Made by a program: the position numbers and the translations under genes
Source of the DNA: Gammaproteobacteria bacterium
GTDB lineage: Bacteria > Pseudomonadota > Gammaproteobacteria > GCA-001735895
Direction of reading: 5' to 3'
Assembly (NCBI GenBank): GCA_047622345.1
Contig: JBLHOA010000001.1
Span: 1 to 55,972 of the forward strand
Length of the DNA: 55,972 nt
Notes under the pieces: model-generated
Database searches by the model: none
What the model was told of the DNA's origin: nothing
Seen by the model: the letters and a program-made list of their open reading frames with translations, nothing else
Shown: piece after piece, positions 47,144 through 55,972 of the stretch
Position numbering within the stretch: position 1 is the first letter of the stretch
Layout of the letters: each line of letters begins with the position of its first letter

Positions 47144-47883
47144 GCATAGCGCAAAAACCATTACCGGTTTATCGACCCCGCGATCACAGCTGGCAACCAC
47201 CGGCGTTGGCCCCGGCCTATAAATCGAGTGTCGCGCGTTCACCGCGTCAGGCGCCTGTGGTCATGCCAACCACGATCAGCGAAGCCAGCGGCCCGGTGTT
47301 TGGCCATAATCTTATCGGACCGCTGGATGACGATTTACGACAGAATTTTGCCGCGGTCGGGGAAAGCGCAATCGGTCCACGCATTGTCGTGCATGGCCAG
47401 GTTCGCGATCAGTCCGGCTGTGGCGTACCCAACACGCTGATCGAAGTGTGGCAAGCCAATGCAGGTGGGCGTTATCGCCATAAAAATGAATCCTATCTCG
47501 CCCCGCTCGATCCCAATTTCGGTGGTTGCGGTCGTTGCTTCACCGATAGCGAAGGCTATTACCGCTTCTACAGCATCCAGCCCGGCGCTTATCCCTGGCC
47601 CAACAGTGAGAATTCATGGCGCCCGGCGCACATTCATTTTTCCTTGTTCGGGCAGGCTTTCACCCAACGATTGATTACCCAGATGTATTTTGCTGGTGAC
47701 CCGTTAATCGAGGAATGCTCGATCGTCAATGCGATTCCGCAACGCGCGGGTATCGACAGCCTGATCGCCCAACTTGACCTGGATGCGACGCTGCCGATGG
47801 ATAGCCTCGCCTGGCGCTTCGATATCACTTTACGTGGACGCCAACAAACCTGTTTCGAACAACCCGGGGGCGGTCGACGATGA
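47140..47883 (+). CDS. pcaH: Protocatechuate 3,4-dioxygenase beta subunit
   Basis: 247 aa. LIEVWQANAGGRYRH...YPWPNSENSWRPAHIHFSLFG. ATGA overlap with pcaC. Confidence 0.93.
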   Translation: MSIAQKPLPVYRPRDHSWQPPALAPAYKSSVARSPRQAPVVMPTTISEASGPVFGHNLIGPLDDDLRQNFAAVGESAIGPRIVVHGQVRDQSGCGVPNTLIEVWQANAGGRYRHKNESYLAPLDPNFGGCGRCFTDSEGYYRFYSIQPGAYPWPNSENSWRPAHIHFSLFGQAFTQRLITQMYFAGDPLIEECSIVNAIPQRAGIDSLIAQLDLDATLPMDSLAWRFDITLRGRQQTCFEQPGGGRR

Positions 47884-48527
47884 AAACTCCGAGCCCTTAT
47901 CTCAACGAATCGCCCTCACAAACGGCCGGACCTTATGTGCACATAGGCTGTTGCCCGAATTTCAGCGGTATGTCGGGGGTATACGCCGAAGATCCCGGTA
48001 GCAACATGATTAGCAGTGATACGCGGGGTGAACGAATTATTATTAGAGGTTGTGTTTACGACGCTAATAATCTGCCATTGACCGACGCCTTGCTCGAGAT
48101 CTGGCAGGCCGATGCAGCCGGTTTCCATCCCGGGACAGAAGGCGATCAGTCCGACCCCGAATTTGCAAACTGGGGACGATGCGCCAGCGATTTAAGTAGT
48201 GGTGAATTTGTCTTTGAAACGATTAAGCCCGGCGCGGTGGCTTATCCCGATGGTCGGCTACAGGCTCCGCACATCAGCGTCTGGATCGTCGCGCGTGGGA
48301 TTAATATCGGGCTCAATACGCGGCTTTATTTCGATGATGAATCGACTGCCAACGAAAATGACCCGGTATTGGCGATGATTGAAGCGCGCGCGCGGGTCGC
48401 TACCTTGATTGCAAGCACATCGTCGAATGCCAGTTCCGGGTCGAATACAAGTTCCGGGAAGCCCGTAGAATATCGATTCGATATTTATTTACAGGGGCCG
48501 CAGGAAACGGTTTTTTTCGATATCTGA
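47880..48527 (+). CDS. pcaG: Protocatechuate 3,4-dioxygenase alpha subunit
   Basis: 215 aa. SPSQTAGPYVHIG...LEIWQADAAG...YRFDIYLQGPQETVFFDI. ATGA overlap with pcaH. Contains an 18-bp tandem duplication (see findings). Confidence 0.92.
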   Translation: MKTPSPYLNESPSQTAGPYVHIGCCPNFSGMSGVYAEDPGSNMISSDTRGERIIIRGCVYDANNLPLTDALLEIWQADAAGFHPGTEGDQSDPEFANWGRCASDLSSGEFVFETIKPGAVAYPDGRLQAPHISVWIVARGINIGLNTRLYFDDESTANENDPVLAMIEARARVATLIASTSSNASSGSNTSSGKPVEYRFDIYLQGPQETVFFDI

Positions 48528-48603
48528 TGTGGGCAACCCCTGTTATCCCATTCCGGAGCGCAGCATTTTACTCTCCCAGGAGACTTTGCCAGGAGGCTTT
48601 TAA

Positions 48604-49935
48604 ATGAGCATTTCACCATTTGATTCAACGCTTTACCGCGATCTGTGGAACGACGCCGAGATCGCCTGGCGCTTTGGTGACGCCGCCGAACTGGATTCGA
48701 TGATGCGTGTCGAAGCCGCATTAGCGAGCGCTCAGGCCGAGCTGGGTTTGATCCCCACGGAGAGTGCAGACGCGATTGTTAGCGCGATTAACAGCCTGTC
48801 GATTGACGCCGCTGGTTTGTCATCGACAACCGCGGCTGACGGTGTGCCGGTGCCGGCGATGCTGTCGGCGATTCGTGCCGAGATCAACAATCCGGATAAT
48901 GAACAATACCTGCATTGGGGTGCTACCTCTCAGGACATAATCGATACGGCATTGATTCTGCGCCTGCGGGAAATAGGCGACCTTGTGGGATCGCGCCTGC
49001 AGACACTGCTAACGAAACTCGCCGATTTTGCGCAGACGCATGCAACTACGCCGATGGTCGCTCGAACCCGGCGACAGGCCGCGACCCCGACCAGTTTCGG
49101 TCTGGTAATAGTTGGCTGGGGCGCGCCCTTATTGAATGCGCTCGAAGCGCTCGCTCAACTCAAACCGCGCTTGCTGCGGGTGAGCCTCGGCGGGGCCAGC
49201 GGCAATGCGAATGCGTTTGGCGAGCGCGCGGATGAACTGCGCGCTGCCTTTGCCGCCGAGCTGGGGTTGGCGAATTCTGATTTGAGCTGGCATAGCGATC
49301 GCAGTGCGCTGGTCGAGTTTTCGTCGCTGTTAACCCGAATCTCCGGCGCGCTCGCAAAAATCGGCGAAGACTGCATTCTCGGCGCGCAAACCGAAGTCGG
49401 TGAATTGACTCTGTTGCAATCCGGGGGGTCTTCGACCATGCCGCATAAGGCGAATCCGGTCATCGCCGAATCGCTGGTGACTCTGTTTCAATTGAGCAGC
49501 GCGCTCAATGCTGCGATGCAACAGGCCCTGCTGCATCGGCAACAGCGCGATGGCGCCTCCTGGTCGCTCGAATGGCATGCCTTGCCGCAGATTTGCATGG
49601 CTAGTGGCCGCGCGTTGCAACTCGCCCATAGTTTGGTCTCGGGATTGCAGCCGGATGTTTCGCGCATGCTGGAAAATGTACAAGGCGCGTATGGGCTCGC
49701 CTTCGCCGAGGCGGTCAGCTTTCGTCTGAGTGAAATCATGCCGAGGGCGTTGGCACAGCAGCGTGTGGCTGAACTATGTGCGGAAGCGCAGCGACAACAG
49801 CGCGGCCTGCAGGAACTGGTTACCAGCGTCTACCCCGCCGTTGACTGGGGCGAGGTATTCGCGGCCGAAAATCAACTCGGTGACAGCGAACAGCAGGTTG
49901 CGGCTTTTGCGGCGCGCGTAGGCGAACTGGGCTAG
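48604..49935 (+). CDS. pcaB: 3-carboxy-cis,cis-muconate cycloisomerase
   Basis: 443 aa. Fumarase/aspartase superfamily signature GGSSTMPHKANP, an N-terminal pattern typical of PcaB (LYRDLW) and an AGGAGG SD. Confidence 0.9.
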   Translation: MSISPFDSTLYRDLWNDAEIAWRFGDAAELDSMMRVEAALASAQAELGLIPTESADAIVSAINSLSIDAAGLSSTTAADGVPVPAMLSAIRAEINNPDNEQYLHWGATSQDIIDTALILRLREIGDLVGSRLQTLLTKLADFAQTHATTPMVARTRRQAATPTSFGLVIVGWGAPLLNALEALAQLKPRLLRVSLGGASGNANAFGERADELRAAFAAELGLANSDLSWHSDRSALVEFSSLLTRISGALAKIGEDCILGAQTEVGELTLLQSGGSSTMPHKANPVIAESLVTLFQLSSALNAAMQQALLHRQQRDGASWSLEWHALPQICMASGRALQLAHSLVSGLQPDVSRMLENVQGAYGLAFAEAVSFRLSEIMPRALAQQRVAELCAEAQRQQRGLQELVTSVYPAVDWGEVFAAENQLGDSEQQVAAFAARVGELG

Positions 49936-49942
49936 CTTTGGC

Positions 49943-51118
49943 TTAGGGGGTGACCGATTGTCGGCGCAGGAATAGCGCGCAGCCGAGTCCAATAGTCGCC
50001 ATCAACAGCACGATGACGATGGCAAAATTCCAGCTGCCGGAAAATTCGACGATCGACGACACCATCATCGGGCCGATGGTTTGACCGATGCCCGCCCCTT
50101 GCAGCATAAACCCGGCCATCATCGCCATGTGCGACGGGCTTAATGAAAAGCGCGCGGCGAGAGCAAATGCGGTTCCGGGATACAAACCCCCGAAGGCGGA
50201 AAACAGGAAACCCGCGATTATTTTAACCACCGGATCGGTGACGCTGGCAAACACCAGCATCGCGCATACCGCCATTACCACGAACGAAGTCGCGAGTAGT
50301 TTCCAGGGCACCACCCCGCGCCCGATCAACCAGCCCGCCGACAGGTTGCCGATAATATTACCGACCACGACCAGAGCTCCCAGGCTCGCCGCTTTCGCCA
50401 GCGGAACCGCGTAGTCGGTAACCAGCATGGTCGGTAAAAATGCGGTTAAGGATTGATATAGACTGGAATAACAGACGAACCCGGCGACTACCAGCAACGG
50501 CCCTGGGCGCAGAACATTGGCGATGACGTCGGCGGTGCTGACATCGCTACGCGGTTTGCGCGGCGTATTGCGAAAAGTAATGAACAGCACGCTACCCCAG
50601 AACAACATCACCAGGCCGATGTCATTCCACAGCCCGCGCCAGCCATGCCATTCGAGTAACAGGGGTGTAATCAACATCGACATGCCGATGCCGGCGGGCA
50701 TAAACGCCCCCCACAGGCCCATTGCCAGCGGGCGGTCACGATCGCTGGACGAACCACCGATCAACGACGGCAAGGCGACGATGGCGAGAATAAAGCCGAA
50801 ACCCTCGAGCAGGCGGGACATCATTAATAGTTCGACATCGACCGCGGTGGCACCAAGGAAAGTGCCGCAGGCCGAGACGACCAATCCTGCGAGTACCGTG
50901 CGCAGGTGGCCGAGGCGATCCGAGAGCAGTCCGAATCCGGCGCCGGCAAAGGCCGAAATCAAACTGAATAATGACAGGATAAGACCGGCCTGTACCAGGC
51001 TGAGGTCGAGTTCCTGAATGATCAGCGCGAGCGCGGCGAAAGTTTTGCCTATCTGGAACGCGGCAATACAACCCGCCAGAAAAGCGACCCAGATTTTTAA
51101 CCAGGAAGTCTGCTGCAT
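49943..51118 (-). CDS. MFS transporter (CynX/NimT-like, about 12 TM)
   Basis: About 391-400 aa of hydrophobic helices with the MFS loop motif GLLSDRLGHLRT. I chose ATG 51118. The longest ORF starts at TTG 51145. Co-directional with the thiolase block. Confidence 0.8.
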   Translation of the reverse strand: MQQTSWLKIWVAFLAGCIAAFQIGKTFAALALIIQELDLSLVQAGLILSLFSLISAFAGAGFGLLSDRLGHLRTVLAGLVVSACGTFLGATAVDVELLMMSRLLEGFGFILAIVALPSLIGGSSSDRDRPLAMGLWGAFMPAGIGMSMLITPLLLEWHGWRGLWNDIGLVMLFWGSVLFITFRNTPRKPRSDVSTADVIANVLRPGPLLVVAGFVCYSSLYQSLTAFLPTMLVTDYAVPLAKAASLGALVVVGNIIGNLSAGWLIGRGVVPWKLLATSFVVMAVCAMLVFASVTDPVVKIIAGFLFSAFGGLYPGTAFALAARFSLSPSHMAMMAGFMLQGAGIGQTIGPMMVSSIVEFSGSWNFAIVIVLLMATIGLGCALFLRRQSVTP

Positions 51119-51172
51119 AGTGTTCAGTTCGGTAGTCGGTGACAAACAGGGCGGCGCCCCGTGAATCCGCTG

Positions 51173-52375
51173 TTATACACCTTCGATAATGACGGCGATA
51201 CCCTGACCGACGCCGACGCACATGGTGCAAAGGGCATAGCGGCCGCCATTTTGCTGCAACTGGTTGGTCGCGGTGGTCAGCAGGCGCGCACCGCTGGCAC
51301 CCAGCGGATGGCCGAGGGCGATAGCACCACCATTGGGATTAACGCGTTCATCGTCATCGTCGAGACCGAGGTCGCGTAACACGGCGATACCCTGGGCGGC
51401 GAAGGCTTCATTGAGTTCGATGACATCGATCTGTTTCAGGCTGAGCCCGCACAATTCGAGCACTTTACGTGTCGCCGGTGCCGGTCCCATACCCATGATG
51501 CGGGGGGCTACCCCGGCGGTAGCCATTCCGACAACCCGCGCCCGTGGCCTGAGCTGCTGTTGCTTTATCGCGGCTTCACTGGCGAGCAGCAAGGCACAGG
51601 CACCGTCATTGACCCCGGAAGCATTGCCCGCGGTTACGCTGCCTTCGGCATGGACGATGGGGCGTAATTTTGCCAGTAGCTCCAGCGAGGTTTCTCGCGG
51701 GTGTTCGTCGACTTCGACGATAACAGGCTCGCCTTTGCGCTGCGCCACGCTGACCGGGATAATTTCGGCGCCGAAGAACCCTGCCTGCTGCGCCTTCGCT
51801 GCGTTGCGTTGCGAGCGCAGCGCCATTTGATCCTGCGCTTCGCGTTCGATGGCGAATTCCAGGGCGACATTTTCGGCGGTCTCGGGCATCGAATCGACCC
51901 CGTAACGTTGGCGCATCAATTCATTGACGAAACGCCAGCCGATGGTGCTGTCGTAAATGCTGTTATTACGGCTGAAAGCGCTATCGGCTTTGGGCATAAC
52001 AAAGGGGGCACGGCTCATACTTTCCACGCCGCCGGCAATCATCAGCGAGGCTTCGCCGCTTTTAATCGCGCGTGCGGCGCTGCCCACCGCGTCCATGCCC
52101 GAGCCACAAAGCCGGTTGATCGTCGACCCGGGAACGCTTTCGGGTAGCCCGGCGAGCAAGGCGGACATGCGCGCCACGTTGCGATTGTCTTCCCCGGCCT
52201 GATTGGCGCAACCGTAGATGACGTCGCTGATCGCCTCCCAGTCGAGCTGTGGGTTACGCGCGATTAATGCCTTGATCGGAATGGCACCCAGATCATCGGT
52301 ACGTATCGAGGAAAGTGCACCTCCGTAGCGACCGAACGGAGTTCGTATGGCATCGCAAATGTAGGCTTGTTCCAT
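51173..52375 (-). CDS. pcaF: 3-oxoadipyl-CoA thiolase (PcaF/PaaJ type acetyl-CoA C-acyltransferase)
   Basis: 400 aa. AYICDAIRTPFGRYGGALS, active-site Cys region NRLCGSGMDAV and C-terminal NPNGGAIALGHPLGASG...CVGVGQG. Confidence 0.85.
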   Translation of the reverse strand: MEQAYICDAIRTPFGRYGGALSSIRTDDLGAIPIKALIARNPQLDWEAISDVIYGCANQAGEDNRNVARMSALLAGLPESVPGSTINRLCGSGMDAVGSAARAIKSGEASLMIAGGVESMSRAPFVMPKADSAFSRNNSIYDSTIGWRFVNELMRQRYGVDSMPETAENVALEFAIEREAQDQMALRSQRNAAKAQQAGFFGAEIIPVSVAQRKGEPVIVEVDEHPRETSLELLAKLRPIVHAEGSVTAGNASGVNDGACALLLASEAAIKQQQLRPRARVVGMATAGVAPRIMGMGPAPATRKVLELCGLSLKQIDVIELNEAFAAQGIAVLRDLGLDDDDERVNPNGGAIALGHPLGASGARLLTTATNQLQQNGGRYALCTMCVGVGQGIAVIIEGV

Positions 52376-52378
52376 GGT

Positions 52379-52822
52379 CTAGCGCCCCGTTTCGAGTTTG
52401 AACATACTGGTTACTTCGATTTCGAGTACCGCTTTCGCATGCTGGTTATTGAGTAGCCAGTCCCATTCCAGAATGCCGAGTTCGGGTCGTTTGCTCGAAC
52501 GTCGAACTTCTTTGACGCTTAGTTTTAATGACAGGCTGTCACCGGGGCGAACCGGCTGCAACCAGCGCAGGTTTTTCAGGCCCGGCGAGGCGAAGGATTC
52601 GGAATCTTTTAGTATATGGTCGACCACCAGCCGCATGGCAATGCCGCAACTGTGCCAGCCGCTGGCAATCAACCCATTGAAAGGCCCCGTAGCTGCCGCC
52701 TCGACATCGGTATGAAACCATTGCGGATCCCAGTCGTTGGCGAATTCAATTATTTCGGCCTGATCGACCTGATAGGGTCCGAGTTCGATCACCTGGCCGG
52801 CGTAAAAATCAGCGAACTTCAC
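52379..52822 (-). CDS. MaoC-like hotdog-fold (R)-specific enoyl-CoA hydratase/dehydratase
   Basis: 147 aa. DWDPQWFHTD...GLIASGWH is a typical MaoC dehydratase motif. GTGA overlap with the upstream gene. Confidence 0.75.
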   Translation of the reverse strand: MKFADFYAGQVIELGPYQVDQAEIIEFANDWDPQWFHTDVEAAATGPFNGLIASGWHSCGIAMRLVVDHILKDSESFASPGLKNLRWLQPVRPGDSLSLKLSVKEVRRSSKRPELGILEWDWLLNNQHAKAVLEIEVTSMFKLETGR

Positions 52823-54318
52823 TCGTTCTGCCAGTGCTTATGACGCAGCAGCGGGCTCACCCGATAGCGCTCACCGCGATAGTATCGATCAAGCCTGTCG
52901 AGCAACTGGATTATCGCATCGGCCTTCCAGCTGTCCAGCCACTCGAAGGGTCCGGCGGGGTAGTTGACCCCGAGTTGCATGGCAACATCGGCGCTGGCTT
53001 CATCGCAAACCCCCTGATGTACCGCGTCGGAGGCTTCGTTGATCAGCATCGCGATGCTGCGAGCAATAATAAGCCCCGGAACATCGGCGATTCGTAGAGC
53101 GCGAAAGCCGAGCACCGCCAGCCATGCTTCGCAGGCATCGACCCACTGCGGCGAAGCCGTTGTCGCAGGGCTCCAGGCGAGGGCAGTGCCTTCGGTGGTG
53201 ACCAGCGGTAAATCAAATACGGAAACGTCCTGTCCGAACTCGCTGGCCGGACGGCCATCGCACAGACGTAACTGCGCATTGCCCACCTGTAAGCCGGTCC
53301 AGTCGCTATCAAGGACGGCTTCGAAGGGGCAGTCATATTTCCGCAGCTGCGCGCCGATGAGATCGCTAAGCGGCCCGTGACCATGGACGCTTAAGCTTTC
53401 CCTGCTCGGGAGTACATCGGGTTTACTGAATTCCCCGGGTTTGGCGTCGACTTTATTGTTGTAGTCGTAAAAGCCCCGTCCCGATTTTCGTCCGAGCAAG
53501 CCACCGGCAACCATTTCCGTTTGCAGTTGCGATGGGAGATAACGTTGATCGTAAAAATTGGCTTCGAACACTGAGGTAGTGACCGCAAGGTTTGTGTCGT
53601 GGCCGATTAAATCCATCAATTCGCAGGGCCCCATACGAAACCCGGCCCCGCGCATACAGGTATCGATCTGTTCCGGGGTTGCCGCCTGCTCCTGAAGCAA
53701 TGCGAGCGCCTCGGCATAAAAGGGTCGTGCAATACGGTTGACGATAAATCCCGGGGTCGAGTTCGCTCTAACCGGAACTTTGCCCCAGCGCTTCGCCAAC
53801 GCGATAATGCGCTCGGCGATCGCAGGTTCGGTTTGTAATCCGGAAACGACTTCGACCAGCTTCATCAGTGCTACCGGGTTGAAAAAATGCATACCAACCA
53901 GGCGCCCCGGATTGCTCAGGCCCTTCGCAATTGCAGTGATCGAAATTGAAGAAGTGTTGGTGGCGAGCAGGCAGTCTTCGCTGACAATGGATTCCAGGTG
54001 CTGAAACATGCCCCGCTTTATCTCGATGTCTTCAATAACGGCTTCGATAACCAGCCCGGCCTTGCTGGCATCTTCCAGGGTTTCCAACGGGATGATCCGC
54101 GCCCATATGCGCGTGGCCTCCGCGGCACTTAACTTGCCTTTGGCAACCAGGCGGTCAAAGATTTCTACCAGGCCGGATTTGGCATCGGTCGCCGCCTGCG
54201 CGTGTAAATCGTAAAGCATTACCGGGTGCCCGGCCTGCGCCGCGACCTGGGCAATGCCACTACCCATAACGCCGGCACCGATTACCAGCACCGGAGTCGC
54301 TTCGATAGAGTTTGTCAT
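52819..54318 (-). CDS. 3-hydroxyacyl-CoA dehydrogenase, long PaaH/PaaC type
   Basis: About 499 aa. VLVIGAGVMGSGIAQVAAQAG Rossmann motif, the HFFNP motif and a duplicated C-terminal domain. ATG 54318 gives an ATGA overlap with the hydratase gene. The longest ORF starts at GTG 54330. Confidence 0.85.
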   Translation of the reverse strand: MTNSIEATPVLVIGAGVMGSGIAQVAAQAGHPVMLYDLHAQAATDAKSGLVEIFDRLVAKGKLSAAEATRIWARIIPLETLEDASKAGLVIEAVIEDIEIKRGMFQHLESIVSEDCLLATNTSSISITAIAKGLSNPGRLVGMHFFNPVALMKLVEVVSGLQTEPAIAERIIALAKRWGKVPVRANSTPGFIVNRIARPFYAEALALLQEQAATPEQIDTCMRGAGFRMGPCELMDLIGHDTNLAVTTSVFEANFYDQRYLPSQLQTEMVAGGLLGRKSGRGFYDYNNKVDAKPGEFSKPDVLPSRESLSVHGHGPLSDLIGAQLRKYDCPFEAVLDSDWTGLQVGNAQLRLCDGRPASEFGQDVSVFDLPLVTTEGTALAWSPATTASPQWVDACEAWLAVLGFRALRIADVPGLIIARSIAMLINEASDAVHQGVCDEASADVAMQLGVNYPAGPFEWLDSWKADAIIQLLDRLDRYYRGERYRVSPLLRHKHWQNE

Positions 54319-55109
54319 TTCGTGGTCCACTTAGGGGGGCGTTTCTGTAAAAATGCGGCAAAGCCTTCGCGTGCTTCGGCGGTGCCACGAACCCGACTGA
54401 TAGTTTGCGCACTCAATTCGCGTACTTCCTCTGTTACCGGGCCGAGGTGAAGCTGGGCAAACAGGGCTTTGATTTCGCGTTGTGCATTCGGGCTCCCGGC
54501 GATTAATTCTGCCAAAGTAGCCTCGACCACAGCGTCGAGTTGGGCTAGCGGTGATTGCTGATGGATGAGGCCAATGGCGAGTGCTTCATCGCTGCCGATT
54601 CGGGTTGTCGTTAATGCCAGTCGCCGTGCATGGCGTTTGCCCACCGCATTGATTAAATAAGGGCCAATGACTGACGGAATGATGCCGAATTTTGCTTCGC
54701 TGATGGCGAACTTTGCATTATCGGCGGCGATCGCGATATCGCAGGCGCAGGCCAGACCGACGCCTCCGCCGAGGGCGGCACCCTGTATGCGCGCGAGTGT
54801 AGGTTTCGGGCAGGAATCAATATTGCCGAGCATGGTAGCAAAACGCCTGGCGTCGGCGAGGTTCCATTCCTGCGATTCTTCGCTGGCGCGTTGCATCCAT
54901 TTCAGGTCGGCACCGGCGCTGAAATGCTTGCCCGATCCGGCCAGAACAATGACGCGGACCTTGCTGTCTTCAGCCAGTTCGGCGAAGGCCCGGTTGAGTT
55001 CGGCAATCATGGTTTCGTCGAAAGCATTAAATACATCGGCTTTCGACATGGTGATGGTGGCGACACCATCGCGACGATGCTCGACGATTAAACTGCTAAA
55101 TTCGCTCAT
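54315..55109 (-). CDS. Enoyl-CoA hydratase/isomerase (crotonase) family protein
   Basis: 264 aa. VIVLAGSGKHFSAGADLKWM and GAALGGGVGLACACDIAIA oxyanion-hole motifs. Confidence 0.88.
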   Translation of the reverse strand: MSEFSSLIVEHRRDGVATITMSKADVFNAFDETMIAELNRAFAELAEDSKVRVIVLAGSGKHFSAGADLKWMQRASEESQEWNLADARRFATMLGNIDSCPKPTLARIQGAALGGGVGLACACDIAIAADNAKFAISEAKFGIIPSVIGPYLINAVGKRHARRLALTTTRIGSDEALAIGLIHQQSPLAQLDAVVEATLAELIAGSPNAQREIKALFAQLHLGPVTEEVRELSAQTISRVRGTAEAREGFAAFLQKRPPKWTTK

Positions 55110-55149
55110 GCTGATTTATCTCTGGCTATCTGGGCGGATATTCGACCAA

Positions 55150-55972
55150 TCAGTTAAAACGGACGTATTCAAAGTCGATTGGCTGTCGGTTTATACCAAG
55201 CGGGGGCGGCGAAATCCAGTTGGCAAATTTACCCGGCTCGACCACAGGGCCCATCAGACTGGCAACGTATTCGCGGTCAGTCACCGATGGCAGCCAGTTA
55301 TCCACCTGTTGTTGCCATTGTTCGGTGGTGAGTAGTACTCCATCGGGGCTGATATTGGCATCCTTCAGCGAACCGATATTGCGGTTGAAGCCCTTATGCG
55401 GCATCGACAATTCATGGCTAACGCCCATTTTGGCGATAATCTTATTCCAGCGCCGGATACCGTAGCCGGTGTCCTTGATGTAGTCGTCGCGCAGCACTTC
55501 GTTCAATGCCTTCAGCATCGGAACTTCTTTTTCGACCAACTTGCCGTCGCGAATGTCGAGAATAGGGTAGCCATCGTCCTTCAAAATATGATCGTCGGCG
55601 CGATGGCCTTCCTTGTAACGACCCTTCAGTCCGGTGCTGTAAAAGGTCGCCGCATTGCTCGATTCATCGGCGCCGAACAAGTCGATAGTAACGCTGAAAT
55701 GGAAGTTAATATAACGTTGCAAGGTTTGCAGGTCGATCACCCCGGCGGCGCGCAGCAGCTGCGGATCTTCGGTTTTCAGTTCCATCATCACTTCGCAGGT
55801 CCGCTGGATGATTCTTGCAATGCCCGATTCACCGACAAACATATGGTGGGCTTCTTCGGTGAGCATGAATTTGGTGGTGCGCGCGAGCGGGTCGAAGCTC
55901 GATTCGGCAAGCGCGCAGAGCTGAAATTTGCCATCGCGGTCTGTGAAATAGGTGAACATGAAAAACGACAGC
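55150..55972 (-). CDS. boxB: Di-iron oxygenase, benzoyl-CoA 2,3-epoxidase BoxB-like (C-terminal about 274 aa; 5' end off-window)
   Basis: The frame is open to the window edge (LSFFMFTYFTDRDGKFQL...). The ExxH di-iron motif TEEAHHMF is followed by about 230 further residues. That fits the roughly 470-aa BoxB layout better than the roughly 310-aa PaaA. Downstream genes fit a lower box/paa-type beta-oxidation route. Confidence 0.65.
   Translation of the reverse strand, partial: LSFFMFTYFTDRDGKFQLCALAESSFDPLARTTKFMLTEEAHHMFVGESGIARIIQRTCEVMMELKTEDPQLLRAAGVIDLQTLQRYINFHFSVTIDLFGADESSNAATFYSTGLKGRYKEGHRADDHILKDDGYPILDIRDGKLVEKEVPMLKALNEVLRDDYIKDTGYGIRRWNKIIAKMGVSHELSMPHKGFNRNIGSLKDANISPDGVLLTTEQWQQQVDNWLPSVTDREYVASLMGPVVEPGKFANWISPPPLGINRQPIDFEYVRFN

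Overview
This is a 55.97-kb chromosomal segment. Gene content suggests a marine-type gammaproteobacterium, but that is a guess I cannot verify without a search. I count about 50 protein-coding genes. I recognised no rRNA, tRNA, CRISPR array, transposase, integrase or phage genes. Left to right: (1) a LysR fragment and a short zone of gene remnants. (2) A minus-strand trio of sulfatase, DoeA/creatinase-like M24 hydrolase and a divergent PanB-family protein. (3) uspA. (4) A complete TorT-TorS-TorR three-component module. Its response-regulator gene is divergent from a quaternary-amine (TMAO/betaine-type) ABC importer, not from a torCAD reductase, and phased TTAACA boxes lie in the shared intergenic region. 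(5) An OYE flavoreductase, a strikingly Mu-class-like glutathione S-transferase and a 2OG-Fe(II) oxygenase. (6) A more AT-rich eptA/mcr-like phosphoethanolamine transferase plus PAP2 phosphatase pair. (7) A GAF-PAS-GGDEF-EAL protein. (8) A tightly coupled six-gene minus-strand operon: a three-subunit HcnABC/opine-oxidase-like dehydrogenase, two SAM methyltransferases and an alpha/beta hydrolase. (9) Periplasmic MsrB, a DmpA-family peptidase and a GlcG-like protein. (10) An FrhB-like Fe-S flavoprotein beside an organosulfonate module: HpsN-like dehydrogenase, split sulfopyruvate decarboxylase ComDE and a LacI regulator with a perfect 16-bp operator. (11) A TlpA fusion, a stand-alone RAM-domain protein and a thioesterase. 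(12) An aromatic-catabolism supercluster holding a gentisate operon with MarR, pobA, pcaDCHGB, and a beta-oxidation-like block ending in a partial boxB-like di-iron oxygenase. The observations I rate highest are the Tor-module/importer wiring, the incomplete sulfonate module next to the FrhB-like gene, the Mu-like GST, the eptA-pap2 pair, the six-gene operon, and a roughly 160-400-bp paralogous intergenic element present twice. All functional calls come from by-eye motif and homology recognition. No database search was run.
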